64,000 nt of DNA from Callorhinchus milii (lineage: Eukaryota), in NCBI RefSeq assembly GCF_018977255.1, contig NW_024704742.1, positions 24,058,001 to 24,122,000 of the forward strand. The letters are read 5' to 3'. The position numbers were made by a program, and so were the translations under genes. Within the stretch, counting starts at the first letter, position 1. Every line of letters begins with the position of its first letter. Under the pieces are notes generated by a model. That model had not been told where the DNA came from, ran no database searches, and saw only the letters and a program-made list of their open reading frames with translations. Positions 36,376-50,050 of this stretch are shown piece by piece.

Positions 36376-37123
36376 TTCTTAATGTAACATATACACTTCA
36401 GTCAGTACACTTTTGGTAAAAAAATTGAAACTCTTCGAAACACAAAAAAACACAAAATTAATTGCAGTGATCAATCATTTATGTCAATGTGTCTGAAGTA
36501 AAGCAGTATCTTGCAGAATATAAGATGTGAATCAGGTAATGAAGCCTACACTGGTTTAAAACACAGGAAAAAGTGGCAGGGATGTTGAGGTGCCTATGTT
36601 TGAAATCTGACTAACATAGATCAAAGGTGCTCATGGGATATTGATAATCTGAAATTCCCATCCGTCCAGGAAATGGACAGGTATATTTAAATGAGTATAA
36701 AATGTTAAATATATTTATTTTAAAAAAAGCATGTTTCCTATGGAATAGAAAGAATTAGAGCAAGCGAGGGAGACATCAGTCAGACAAAGACACAGGTCAT
36801 TAATCCTTGTACCTGAGATCAGGGTGGGACTGAATAGAGTCTGGAAGCAGCTGTGATAGTAATTGGTACAAGGAAACTCACTTGAAGAGATGGATGGAAG
36901 TGACTAATTGGGAGGGCAACCTTTAGAAGGTTAAAAAAAAAGGGTTCTCCAACGTCCGTCATTTCTACCACATCTTCCTTCTCCTTCAGATTCCTTAAAA
37001 AGAAACATTTCCTTCCCTCTACCTTCCTCTTTCCCACCCCCCAAAAAATAATCATACGATCTCACATTTGCGCATTCCATTGTACAACACCTTTGTTTGG
37101 GCTTGTTTATTACAGTTCAATTA

Positions 37124-37442
37124 TAATAATAATAATCCTTGCATTTGATATAGCGCTTTTCACGTCGGGAGGACGTCCCAAAGCGCTTCACAGAACACAC
37201 TGTAAAGTGAATTGACTGATTATTTGTGGGCGAACGCGGCAGCCAATTGTGCACAGCAATGTCCCACAAACAGTCGTAGATTGAAAATGATCAATTTATT
37301 ATTGTTTTGGGTTTTGGAGGGATTATTATTAGGCTCTGTGTGGAGTAAGGAAACTTGCCCAAGGTTTCGCCCTGCCTGGAATTGAACTCAGGTCTCTCGC
37401 TTGCAAAGCGAGTGCTCTAACCACTGAGCTACAGGACTCCAC
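37124..37442 (-). mobile_element. Young tRNA-Ala-derived SINE, full length
   Basis: Near-identical reverse complement of 8197-8528. Confidence 0.95.
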
Positions 37443-37809
37443 AAACTCCACAATTATCAAACTACATTATGTTACACCATATGATACGATAATAAACAGT
37501 AACTCAAACTGACCTTGAAATATTCAATACCAGAGAAACGTTGCTTATCGTTGGTCTGAATGAATTTGAAGCTCCAGGATTTTTATCCTTGAAGTCAAAT
37601 AAGCCTTCATCCAATTCGATATATGTTCTCGATTCTCAGCTAAAAATTATTTCCAACTCGCATTACAGAATAAGTAGATATTTGGTCAAGCAAAGCAAAT
37701 CATTATTTTTACCTAAAGGGAAATTAAATATCACTCCCAACTTCCCTAATGGCTGATTAGATAAATACATTGTCTGGGTGTAAGCCAAACACACCAAACA
37801 GCTGTATGT

Positions 37810-38030
37810 TGGAATCCTGTCTGCGCTGAGTTAGCCGATCTCATCCAAGCAGAGGTTTGGGTGCAGACACACCCCTGGGTTTGACAGCATCCACGAAACA
37901 AACAAAGTCAGGAACTTCACTCCTAATTATTATGCAGAGCCCTTTACTGAAGGTGCACGTGTGAACATAAGAATCGGAATCAGCAGTGATGCTTCCCTTT
38001 CCCTCATGGTCAAACAGCTTGTCACTACTT
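37810..38030 (+). mobile_element. AmnSINE2-like ancient SINE core
   Basis: gtctgcgctgagttagccgatctca...cccctggg...actcctaattattatgcag...gtgatgc...catggtcaaacagcttg follows the recalled AmnSINE2 consensus order. Confidence 0.65.
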
Positions 38031-38139
38031 AGTCATGATGGGGAGGGAAAGTGATAAAAGAAAACTGTTGCTGCGCGTGTTCATTTGGTTTTCCAGAGCT
38101 AGAGACTCATTGGTAAACAGTAATGGATACACATAAAGA

Positions 38140-38400
38140 AAAGAACATAAGTCAAATACGTTGAAGGGACATTTCACCCATCAAGCAAGCCCACTCCATC
38201 CACAGTCCATGTATAAGCTACCCTGTCAAAGACGACCACCTTTCTTTAGCACGTGACACATCATCCGTAACAGAGGAACAGGTGGGGAACATACCCCAGG
38301 GTCTATGCAGGTTATCAGAATGTCCACTGTGAGGACTAATATACTCCTCTCATCTGGGAAACATCCCATCTCCTATTAGCATTTGTCATTGATGTCTGTA
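38140..38400. repeat. Interspersed repeat, possibly a long CR1 3' UTR on the minus strand; second copy at 40651-40860
   Basis: Shared blocks catttcacccatcaag, ctttagcac, cagagg, tgtgag and aacatc.catctc.tattag in both copies. Confidence 0.65.
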
Positions 38401-39529
38401 TGTACGTATTCTTCCATTCTTCCAGAAACAGGAGCTCCAGCATGCTGCCAACAAATTTGTTTTCCCTTCTGTAACAGCTTGTAGATTACTTCCTCATAAT
38501 TGATTCTTATTTCTAAACATTTGTATTGTTTCAAAAATTATATTAATACTGATTTTTTCCCCAAATTATTAGAACAAAATAATCACTGAGAAAATGCAAT
38601 TGATATTCAGTGAACTCAGCAACTTTATGCAGTTGGAATCTGAGAAGCCATTACCTCAGAATCAAGCTTTTAGTTCAGTAAATCTCACTATTTGCTTCAT
38701 TGTAACTAGCATCATCAGATTTGGGTCACTGGACCTAATTTTAAAATTGGGTCGCTGGAAACACATTTTAAATCATCAATTATTATAAGGAATTTGAGTC
38801 TCATAATGGAAGAAACAAAACTTCTAAATAAAGTGTGAGCAAGGTCAAGCCAAACCAATGAGCAGAGGTTAGGTGACACTCAAAGGTGAGTTGATAATAA
38901 AAGTTGAAGCTGGTGGGGGAAAGAGGAGAAGAACGCTAAATAGGGGCATTCAACAAAAAGATTGTGAGGCAGAGAGTGACCGTGTGAATGAAGGGGAGAA
39001 GGGAAGAGTACAAGATAGCTCTTAGAAACTAGCTCAGGACACTGGTGCATGCTTGTAAAACTTAGCAAAGCCTAAGAGTTGACACTTAACACAGCACAAA
39101 TTAGAAGTGGTCACACTTCCCTTCCTCTTTCCCTGATATTTCCAAGTCATTAGCTTTCTACCTGCAAATCCTATTTCATGTTCTTGAGTTGAAAATCAGG
39201 TATGGTATTCTAGTCGAAAGACTGAACATTCCTTTGCGTTTCAGAATCAATTTTCTTTTGTGCATTAACGTGGGCTATCTAGATATGCGAGGAAAAATGC
39301 CTACAGTCAACACAGCTTAAAAGTGACAGAAATCATCAAAGCATTAACATTCTGTGTCACTGAGCAGTAGATAACACGATACAATCCTACATAGAGCTCA
39401 AAATATCATCTGGCATCAAAGCACTGAAAAAGGGCAGGTCTAATCATGCTGCTCTCATATGCTGCACAGCAACTAGTTCAAATCTTGTGGTTTCCTCATC
39501 CCAGTGGTCAGTGAATGGTGCTCATGATT

Positions 39530-39790
39530 AACTGGAGCAGAAAAGGTTACGATTTGGATCTGATAGAAGTGCTCAAGGTGTTAGGAGGGCAAATTGTGAA
39601 AATGATTCCCACTGGCTCGATCACTGGAAGAGAACAGAGGGGAAGAATTTTTTTCACCAAGGGCAATAAGGATCTGGAACATGTTACCACAAGTGGCTAT
39701 TGAGGAGAGTGGATACTGTGATCGAAAGCAAATTAGCAATCCACCTTTAAAGAGATCTAAAAGGGCAAAAAAGGAACAGCAAGGATCTAT
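39530..39790 (+). mobile_element. Highly degraded CR1 3' fragment
   Basis: ggagcagaaaaggttac...gatctgatagaagtgctcaag (DLIEVLK) and ttttttcaccaagggc...atctggaacatgttacc. Confidence 0.65.
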
Positions 39791-39902
39791 GTCAGTGCTA
39801 ACAATTCCTTAACTCTATGATTATAGCAGAACCCGAGATTAGGATGGTGAAAGGCAGGGGCGGAAAGAATATATCTTTTAAAAATAAGAAATGGAAGGGA
39901 TC

Positions 39903-40650
39903 AACAACAACATTACATTTGTATAGCGCCTTTCACGTCGGGAGGATGTCCCAAGGTGCTGGACAGTGTACAGCATTTCAGACCCTAGCAGGGGTCAGGG
40001 GGGGAGAAGGGAGGGGACCGATGGCATAGTCGAAGAGGAAGGTTTTGAGGCGGGACTTGAAGGAGGCTAAGGAGGGGGCGAGGCAGAGTGATTGGGGGAT
40101 GGAGTTCCAGAGGTTGGGGGCAGATTGGCTGAAGGCTCTCCTGCTAATGGTGGGGCGGGTGGGTCAGGGGACATGGAGCAGGCCGGAGCCGGCTGAGCGG
40201 AGGGAGCGGGTGGGCTGGTAGGGGGTTAGGAGGTCGCAGAGGTAGGGTGGGGCGAGGCCATGGAGGGCTTTGTAGGTGAGGACCAGAACCTTGTACTGGA
40301 TCCTCTGAAGGATAGGGAGCCAATGGAGTCGGGCGAGAATGGGGACGATGGGGTCACGGAGTTTGGTGCGGGAGAGGACACGGGCTGCAGAGTTCTGGAT
40401 TAGCTGCAGCCTGTGGAGGGAGGAGGTGGGAAGGCCGACAAGCAGAGCATTTGCATAGTCGAGCCTGGATGTGATGAAGGCATGAGCAAGAGTTTCAGCG
40501 GCCTGAGGGGTGAGGTAGTGACGGAGTTGGGTGATGTTACGGAGGTGAGGGAAAGCAGAGCGGGTCATGTCTTGGATGTGGGGAAGAAGACAGTTGAGGG
40601 TCGGACAAGATACCTAGGTTCCTGACTGGCTTGGTGAGTTGAAGTGTACA
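39903..40650 (-). mobile_element. L2 LINE 3' portion with intact ORF2 C-terminus
   Basis: ORF AAETLAHAFITSRLDYANALLVGLP...LQLIQNSAARVL...LARLHWLPILQRIQYKVLVLTYKALHGLAPPYLCDLL, followed by the L2 tail and (TTG)n. Confidence 0.95.
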
Positions 40651-41799
40651 GTCATTTCACCCATCAAGATCACTCCACCAAACTTATCAAAGAATTCCAC
40701 CTCCCTTTAGCACAGCACCTGCAGCAGAGGGATAGGTAGGAAATGTATCCCTCGGCCTCTGCATGTTGCAACCAAGAGGTCTATTGTGAGAGCTAAGGCA
40801 CTTTCCTTTCTAATGGCAACATCTCATCTCTTATTAGTATCTGCCCATGTTAACATCAGATGTCATGGTGTCAGGATGCAACGCTCAATTTTTTTCAGTT
40901 TAACCCAGAAATGAGAACTCCAATATGCTGTGTACAATTTTACTTTCCCCTTTCCAACTATTTGTGTCCGACTAACTCCTCACCAGGTCCTATTCATCAA
41001 CATTTGCTAACTGTGCCACCATTCTTTTCACCGTCGTGTTTCTATATAGGCCTTGACTTTTAAGCAAAACCTGAGGAGAATGCAACCCTTCCAACCCAGA
41101 CTGGGAAGGACAAGAGGAACGGATACTGTCCCTTTCAAGCTACACTGCAAATGATTTAAAATAATACACTACATCGGGTAAACTGTCAACAACTCATGAA
41201 AATCTACATTCCTAGCTCACTTTATGAGGCTCTGCAGAAGTACTCTACATAAGTAAATGTCCTTGGACATATGGTCAATTGGCATCAAATTCCTTATTTT
41301 CATAAATCTGGGCTTCACCCTTACAGTGACCACCATTATTGGTACTCAGATACAGTAATACTTACGCAAGTCATAACACCAGGACCAAACATTTAATATG
41401 ACTTTGCAAAGTCCGAGTTGCAGGCAAACTTGTTGAAACTTGTATAAAATCCGATTTAATCAATAATCTGCAGTGCGAATGTGTAATCCAATGCTGTTGG
41501 GAAGTGCACATGCGGTGATGGGTCAAGACCCATTCAATGACCGCGTAACTCACTTACCAGCAAGCATTGGAATCACATTGATCCCAGGCAAAGAAGTTTT
41601 TCTGTGCATTTGTCGACGGATCAAGACTATGTTTTCCACGATTCAATGCAGTCAGCTATTAAGAGCGCATGTGGTGATGAATCAGGACATCATTTCACAT
41701 GATTCAGTGCAGCCAGTAAGTGCTGGAGTAATGGAGGATAGGGGAGCAGTGGTATGAGTGGTATGAGTTAGGAAATGATAAAATAACTAGTGTAAAAAA

Positions 41800-42000
41800 A
41801 TAATAATAATCCTTGCATTTGATATAGCGCTTTTCACGTCTTCTCAACGTCTCAAAGTGCACAGAATAGACTGTTAAGTGAATTGACTGTATATTTGTGG
41901 GCGAAACGCGGCAGCCAATTGCGCACAGCAGTGGCCCACAAACAGTCATGGATTGAAAATGACCAATTTATTATTGCTTTGTTCTTTGGAGGGATTATTT
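41800..42000 (-). mobile_element. SINE 3' half (tRNA head missing)
   Basis: (aat)n ccttgcatttgatatagcgcttttcacgtc...gcggcagccaattgcgcacagca...ggagggattatt. Confidence 0.88.
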
Positions 42001-42799
42001 CTGATAGGAAAATGAATGGGCCTCGTGCATATACGACTTGGGCGATTATACGATTTATAAAAATTAGACTTGTGCAAGTTTTACTGTATAACATTTGGCT
42101 AGCAAACAATTACAGATGAAGGCATCACTGTGTAAGAAATGCTCAAGCACATTACAATAGAATTCACTCTTTCTCCTGTATAACTACAAGGGATTACACA
42201 GTGCAGGCTAGAATTTTCAAAGGAAAACTGATAATATATGCAGGTTGTAATCCTATTAGTTGTCTGAAAACCCAAACAAAATGCTCTGAATTTGACAGCA
42301 AAGCCAGCAAAGTGTTGCTCTTAGCTTATGAGCAATTCATTCTTTAATGAAGTCCACAGAAATTCTTATATACAGAATGTATACACAGGGTCTGCATTTG
42401 ATAACCAGCACAGTAGGGTTAGGTAGAGCAAACTACAGTATGTGCAATAAGAAGTGTTTACCTGTTTAATGTGAGACATTACTTACTTAAGTGGTTGATT
42501 AAAATATATGCAATTATAATGAAAATTTTATTAACTGTATTTATTGTGGAATTGTACACAAGAATAAAAATCTAATTTTATACAAATATAAACAAGCTAA
42601 CCCAATGACTAGCTTGAAAAAATGTCAGAAATGTTTTTTTTCTAAATAAAGGGAGAAATAAAGTACTTTCGCCTAAACCTTCCTTCCTGTTTAATCGTAG
42701 TTCCATTCAATGAAATTTCTGGGCTGAGGATCTTAGCCAGGGTCTAAATTTTACCCCTCGTCTTACCTTCCCCTGTTTTATCTTCACAATGGGGGTTGG

Positions 42800-43240
42800 G
42801 ATCAGGATGGGTGGAGGGCAGGGTAGAAGGGCGATCAAAGGCATCGTTTAAGAAGGTCTTGAGATGGGCCTTGAAGTGGCAAGGGAGGGGTGAGACAAAG
42901 GGACAGTGGGATGGAGTTGCAAAGGGTTAGGGCAGAGAGGCTGAAAGTCTCACCTCTGATGGTGGGGTGGCCCTGCGGGGGACATTGAGCAGGCAGGAGT
43001 CCACTGAGGGGAGGGAGCAGACATATCTGTATTTGGTTAACAGGTCACAGAGGCAGGGAAGAGTAAGGCTGTGAGGCTTTGAAGCCAAGGATGAGAATTT
43101 TGAACTCTATCCTCTGGAGAGTGAGTGGAGCCAGGCAAGGATGGCTGTGACTGGGAAGATTAACAAGCAAGGAGTTAGCGTGGACGAGTTTGGATATGAT
43201 GAATGTGTGGATGAGGATCTCAGAGGCCTGACAAGCAGAA
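42800..43240 (-). mobile_element. Degraded L2 3' fragment
   Basis: Purine-rich reverse match to the L2 3' end (gaaggtcttgag...ccttgaag, ggatggagttgc, gagtggagccaggcaaggatgg). Confidence 0.75.
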
Positions 43241-44209
43241 TGTTACACACGAGAGCATGCACAGAATATAAAAAAGTGACACACAAACATACTAAACAAA
43301 AATCCTGCTGCAATCATGGCCCAGGTACGACAACATTACTTTGCTATCGCAATGATTTGTTTTGCTAGATTATACTTTGATCGTAGGCATTTTATATGCT
43401 TATGTCATATTCCATATGAACATAATGTGCTCCAGCAGTAGTCTGTTTAATCTGATCTAACTCTAGGGGAACTGCATTATTTATTGACATTTTCAACTCA
43501 CCCCTTAGGGCTAAAAAAAAAAAAAATTGATGGTTTTCCCCCTTCACTCCTGTTATTTTGTTGTTGTGGGGGAGGGAGGGTTGGAGTGTTTGACAAGTAA
43601 TTTGTGCTTCAAATTGTTTCATAGCACTAAGGTGAACATTTCTTCAACTTCGATTGAAATACAATTGCTCATTATTTAACGTGGCTGTCAATTTATCGAC
43701 ACAATCTCCCAATGTGTGTATCAACATTATAAACCAGCCACAGTACAATCATGTTATGTGTAAAAACATTAAGATTAATAATTGAGAGGTCCGTACATAG
43801 TCTGATTTTCTCACCAGTCTGCCACTGTCACTGACCAGCAATGCTCTCTCTTTACGAAGAGAGCAGACTGGGAAACGAGAGTCATACAACTCACAAATGT
43901 TAATACTGTATCTCCTTGCTTGTACTGGCATTACAATGATTTTCATATACACCATCCTATACTTTGGTACGCTCAGATTGAGGAAAAATGTAGAAAAATC
44001 CAGCATGTGCGTGTTTGATTGATTCATCCAATATTTGTGCTGGAAGAAACTGTTAATGTATTCAATGTCTTCGATTGTTGATGAGATTCAAAATCTGATC
44101 AACAATAAAAAAGAATTCTTGTAGCTTTTTTAAAAAAGAAATCCTGAAAAATATTCACACCACTTGAACCTCAGTTGTACTTAGTCATAATATCCATGGA
44201 TGCACAATC

Positions 44210-44770
44210 CACCTAACCAAGCCAAGTCAGGAACCTAGGCGTCTTGTTCGACCCTCAACTGTCCTTTCTTCTCCACATCCATGCCATGATCCACTCTGCC
44301 TTTTCCCACCTCTGCAACATACTCTGACTCCGCCACTGCCTCACCCCTCAGATTGCCGAAACTCTCATACACGCCTTATTACAACTAGGCTCAACTATGC
44401 CAACTATCCCCGCTTGTCGGCCTTCCCAACTCTTCCCTCCACAAGCTAAAGATCATTCAGAACTCTGCAGCACTCCCGCACCAGGCTCCATGACCCCATC
44501 ACACCCTCCCTCGCACGGCTCCACTGGCTCCCCATCTCTCAGAGGATCGAGTCCAAAATTCGTGTCTCAACTTCAAGGCCCACCATGGTCTTGCCCCCTC
44601 CTACCACTCCGACCTACTAACCCCTTATCAACCTGTCCGTTCCCTCCGCTCAGCAGGCTCCGGCCTGCTCCATGTCCCCTGTCAGTCCCGCCGGACCATC
44701 GTTGGTCGGGCCGCCACCCTATGGAACTCCATTCCACATTCCCTTCGCCTCGATCCCTCCCGTGCCTTCG
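44210..44770 (+). mobile_element. L2 ORF2 C-terminal fragment
   Basis: gccaagtcaggaacctaggcgtcttgttcgaccctcaactgtc...ggctccactggctccccatc, collinear with 26260-26750 and with the reverse of 40060-40640. Confidence 0.9.
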
Positions 44771-45059
44771 GCCACCTATCCCCAGGGAATTAGGGAGGGA
44801 GTTGCACAATTTTGCTCTTGCACAAATGTAGGAAATATACATCCAAGTTTTTGGCCCTTATTCCAATATTTAATATTTACAAAATTCAAACATTAGGCTG
44901 TAAAAGAGATGCTTAGGCACCTCTCTCTTTTATTATAAAATTTAAGAATAGTTTTGAGACATCCAATGGGCGACCCAAAAACTTAGGGATCATTTCTGAA
45001 CAGTTCAGCCATTGATATACACCCACTCACTTTATATCGCTGAGGTGTAAATCGATAAA

Positions 45060-45262
45060 AGGCAAAATACTACTGGAAGTCTAAAATAAAAACAGAAGTC
45101 GCTGGGAACACACAGCAGGTCAGGCAGCATCTACGGAGAGATGTTCTGACATTAATTCTGACGAAAGGTCATCAACCTAAAATGTTAACTAATTTTTCCT
45201 CTCTCCAATTTATCCTCTCTCCTGACCTGCTGCATGTTCCCAGCAACTTCTGCTTTTATTGT
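45060..45262 (+). mobile_element. Penelope-like foldback element with 40-bp inverted arms
   Basis: Arms 45085-45124 and 45221-45260 are 36/40 complementary. The centre contains ctgacgaaaggtcatcaacctaaaatgttaac. Confidence 0.75.
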
Positions 45263-48200
45263 AAATCGGTAGTTTGCTGAACCCATCTCATCAAGGTGGT
45301 CTTTACTTTCCAATCGCACTGCAAAAACATATCCAGCGCCTTGGGACATCCTCCCGATGTGAAAGGCACTATGCAAATGTAATTTGTATTGTATCAAAAT
45401 GGTCATAAATCAATTTCAAATATTTTTGTTGTGTACACTGGGAGAAAAGATTTTTATAAAAATTAAAAAGACGAGTGTTTCCATAAAATAAACAATCTTA
45501 AAAGGTGTGCTCATCAGATTGATGCAGCCATACAGGGTGCAGAAAACGCCCACGCATCTCTACTTTTAACCTAATAATACTCCTTGCATTTGATATATAT
45601 CTATAGAATTTATTAAAATATTACTTTAAAGATTTCAATCTGAAAGATTGCATTTATAGTCGTTTAGTAATTTGTAGGCAATTTTTAATGCACATAAACG
45701 TTATTTATGCTACTAAATTCTGCAGACTGCACAAAAATTAGAAGCATCTCAACTTCCAGAAACTCAACGTATATTCAAATGATACCACTAAAAATATCAA
45801 ATCACAGCATCTAGTTAGGTGAGGCACAATTCTAGCAGGAAGAACATGGCAGGAAGGTCAGTAAATCACCTGATCCTATTACAAAATCAATTACTGCAGA
45901 GCATTTCCATTGCTTCACCGACTGATGATGGTCAAATATGATATTGGATAGCTACAAGCAAGGTCAGAGAGAGACCAATTGAGAGGTGCACAGACAGAAA
46001 GCTTCCTTTGACATACTTTTTTTTCCACACACCAAGTTCTGCAATACTGCAAGCACAGAAAACACTTTTAAGAACTCCAAGACACCGTCCGGCGTGAATA
46101 GCACTATATAAATGCAGGTCGTCATTGTTGTTGTAAAGAGATTAATGAACTTGCATGCAGTTACCTTTTGTTGGTTGGGCAAGCCATTGGAGAGTTTTTC
46201 CAGCTGTCCTGTTGTAAAACTACAAGACAGAAGATCCGTACAGCAAGTCGAGCGTCCCAGCCTCTTCATTAGAGAAGAAATAATACTGCAACCACAGCCA
46301 CACATTGACTTACTCATGCAGACAACTCTGACCAGATATTCTCAGCAAATCAACACCAGTATCATCCCACGCGCAGAAACTGCCTAGGTACCTCATTCTA
46401 TAGCTCTCCAGCTTAAATCATAACCGACACCGAGAAAATTCCACAGTTCATGGAAGGGGAACAGCTGTATTCCCATTGTCAATTTAACTGTCGGGAAGAT
46501 GGTCTGGCAATCACAGCTAGGAAAACAAAGTGATGTTGGTGCTCTCTCTCTCCTGTACAACACTGCAATCAGCAGGAAACAAAAGCTGCGGTTCTCATGC
46601 CTGCATGAATTGGAGGAAGACTTTTAAAGTCAGAGCCAGCGGCTGCTGATGATCAACATTGCCCTGAACAAATGCTTCCTGACCAGCTGCCTGCTCCTTC
46701 AGCGCAGTCAACCCAAACTGCTCACTCAGTCACTGGACTCTTACAGTTCCCAACAGTCAACAGAAGTAGGCCACACCCCTCCAACCCCTGTGCACCCTGT
46801 CCTCGCTCGGCTGGAAACCTGAACAAACTGCTGCTGCAATGCATGAAGCAACAGGAAATACTGAATGCATCAACTCTCCAATCAAAGTAGCTTTCATGAC
46901 ACTAATGTTCGAAGGGCTCTGTCAATCACGCGCAGCCAGAACCACATTGAAGATAATGGTGCTGCTCTCACCCCTTGGGATCCGTGTTGCAACAATGGAA
47001 GAGAGGATTTTTTTTTAAAAATCTTCACTAAGAATGCAGAACAATCCAACTCTCACTTGTTACGGTGTCTTAAAAAAAAATGTAACATTGATTTTGCCTG
47101 CATTAGCAGTTCTATTATGTTGTTCGATGGATTCACAGCAAAAGCATGTGACTAAATGCAAATAAAAGATTTCATCCACCAAATAAATAAAACGGTCTTT
47201 TTTCCAGTGCAACTAAAGTCAACGCAGCAGGTTAGATACATGCAGTTTATTTCTCCTCTCCTTTCCCTGATATACTGTGGCCTTTTTAAATCAGAGCCTT
47301 CATCGTGCTTTAGACACTTAACTAGATTACTCTGCAGATAAACTGATTTAAAATAACTACCGTTCTCTATGCAGAACTCCATCAGTTGCTGTAGCAAAAG
47401 CTGGGCACATTTATTTTGCTGTTATTTCAATGATATCCACATCTGTACAAGCTCACCAAGTATCTCAGTTTCAATATTATGTTCATTATTATCATTATAT
47501 ATCAGTTCAGCCAGTAAAATACTGAATATACCAGAAACTTTCTCCAGAACATACTGCTCTTTGGGCCAGATTTCATCACCTTCTTATCTCTATCTGCCTT
47601 ATTTGAAAGATCCAGGCTGCTTCTCAGTAAACTGCAAATGCCACTTACACTATCAATTTAAAAACACACCAACAGCGCAGACAAGCAAGAAAATGATTTA
47701 ACCTTTTGGTGGTCTGCTGACTGTATGCTTAGAATTCTAAGTCTTAATCAGGTGTACAATTTCAAATCCCTCTGAGCAACTGATCAAATTTGTTTGAGCA
47801 GCATATACATACTTGCTCAGGAAGGGGTGTGTGCGGGGAATAGCTTGTTTTACATTATTTTACTTACAAGCTTCATTACTGCAAAGCCACCTCCCTGAGA
47901 CACAATAACTAATACATCACATTCAAACAGTCATTGAAAATAAAATCAAGCCAGAAAATCCTCATTGGCAGCAATCATATGCCATATTTGAAGGTTTTAA
48001 TGAATTGAGCGAATTTTAGATACAAGTTGCGACAATGGAGCAGGATGCAGGCACACTTCATATTTGCAAGAGTGCTGCTCAGTGAGGCTGTAGTATTTTT
48101 AGCAGCAATCTAAGTAAAAGCAAAAGGATATTTTTCATCCATATATTTGACCTTACAGTTAAAGGCATCACATCACTTAAGCCAACCAGCACTGAAGTGG

Positions 48201-49297
48201 TTACATAAACATTAGTATCCAGCACGTCAGTGCCATAATTCACTATTGATCTATGCAGTGCTTTTACGTATGGCCTTGACAGCGGATGCAAAACTGGAAA
48301 TGCACAGTGAGTGTATGTCAACAGTGTAACCAATCACAATCAAATATATTTAAATAATTACAATGCAATTACACCTGGGCCACAAGAGACATTAACCATA
48401 CATGGTCAACCGAGATTTGTTGTAGAAATGCACTAAAATCACTTAAATGTACATCAACAAGATGCATTGCATCTGCACATCTAAAACCTTGCGTTTCACA
48501 GGGTAAGTGAAGAAGATGCTAGGAAAACAACACCTTTCCTCTTTGCCCTCAGCATCACCAAGAAAAGATTAAGTAAGATTAAGTACTCAAAACCGACATT
48601 GAGCAGCATCTCCTTCTGTGCCAGCATTGCATTTCCATTTTCTGCAGCACTGTTACTAAAAGTTATGCTTAATAAAGCTATCCAATTAATGCAATTCGTA
48701 CCACATTACAGCAGTGTTGGATTATGGCCTTCCATTGGGAACCAAGACAGGCACACCAGCTGCCTGATATTGATTCAAACCTTGTTCCAGAGGTGAAATA
48801 ACCATGGTCTGAAGCTCCTGCAATACCCACTACCTTAACATTAGTGGACAGTTTCAGTCAATCATTGCTATTTTCATTGTTTCCCCCCCCCTCCTTCCTT
48901 ACTCTTTCCCCCCTCTCAGTCTTCTTTTCCCAGCTGATATCCCATATTAGGCCTCCTGTTCTACAAAAAAGAAAAGTTCCCTGACATCAGCTGGAGGAAT
49001 GCATCAAGAACTCTGAAGTGAATCCCACAGGTTATCATTTCCCCTTTTCTAGAAAGGAATCAAGAAGTATCTGAACCAAGAAGAAAAAATAGCAGCTGAG
49101 TGGTACACCACTGCTAAATTTTGGTGGATTGGGCAGATCCTGATCAGTATTCCGATGTCGATCTGTGGGATTTTGTTTGTTGATCCTCCTGTAACAGATG
49201 TCAGCTGAGCAGAGGAGAGGCTTTAAATACTAGGTCTCCAATGTGTTTTCTGTGTTTGGTGGGTGGGTGGTGGTGGAGTGAAAGAAACATATTTATA

Positions 49298-49434
49298 TAG
49301 AACCATGGAAATTTACAGCACAGAAGAAAGCTAGTTGGCTGATTCATGTCAGTACTGGCTCTTAAGAACCATCCATTCAGTTCCATTTTGTTGCCCTTTC
49401 CCCATTACCCCTGTTAGTATATTCTTTTTTTAGA
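49298..49434 (-). mobile_element. CR1 3' end fragment adjoining the MITE
   Basis: tagaaccatggaaatttacagcacagaagaaagc...ctggctctt...ccctttccccattaccc, similar to 15893-16010. Confidence 0.7.
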
Positions 49435-49436
49435 TA

Positions 49437-50050
49437 CAGTGGAAGCCATTTAAGCCGGATACATTGGGGCCAACTGTTTTGTCCATCTTAAGTGGTGTCC
49501 AAGGTTAACCAAAGTTCTATTACCTTTTCCCACCCAGCTGAGGAGCGATGGCAGTGCTTCCTCCTTCCCATTGGCGTTGGACGGGAAAGGGACCAATTAG
49601 CGGCTGCTCCAAAGTTATTGACAGCCTTGGGAGTCACTTGTGAATGGATAGGCACTCCAGCCATTCACAAGCATCTCAAGCTGTCAATCAACCTCGATTT
49701 GACTCATCCCATTCCCTCACTTGTTTATTTCCCGTTCCTTCCCCCTCATTGATTGACAGCCCAACTCCAGCCGCTTGTGAATGGCTGGAGTCCATAGTCA
49801 ACCAATCCCAATTTGAATCCAACCGTCTCCATCCTGGAGCCACTCATGGCTGAATGGAGTTGCTTGAGTCATGGGGCCTGAGTGAGTAAACTCACCAGCA
49901 ACCAACACGGCATTTTATCCAAATTAACCGGACTGTTTTACCAATTAACCGGAATATTTAGTACCGGTTAGAAAACAGAAGAATCGGGGCCAGGCGATTT
50001 ATCCGATTTACTTGGCGTTAACCAGCATCCAGCTAAAGCAGATTCCACTG
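49437..50050 (+). mobile_element. Non-autonomous Tc1/mariner (pogo/Tigger-like) MITE, 614 bp
   Basis: Flanked by TA on both sides (49435-36 and 50051-52). TIRs CAGTGGAAGCCATTTAAGCCGGATAC / CAGTGGAATCTGCTTTAGCTGGATGC match at 19/26. Subterminal ttaaccgg repeats; no transposase ORF. Confidence 0.85.
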
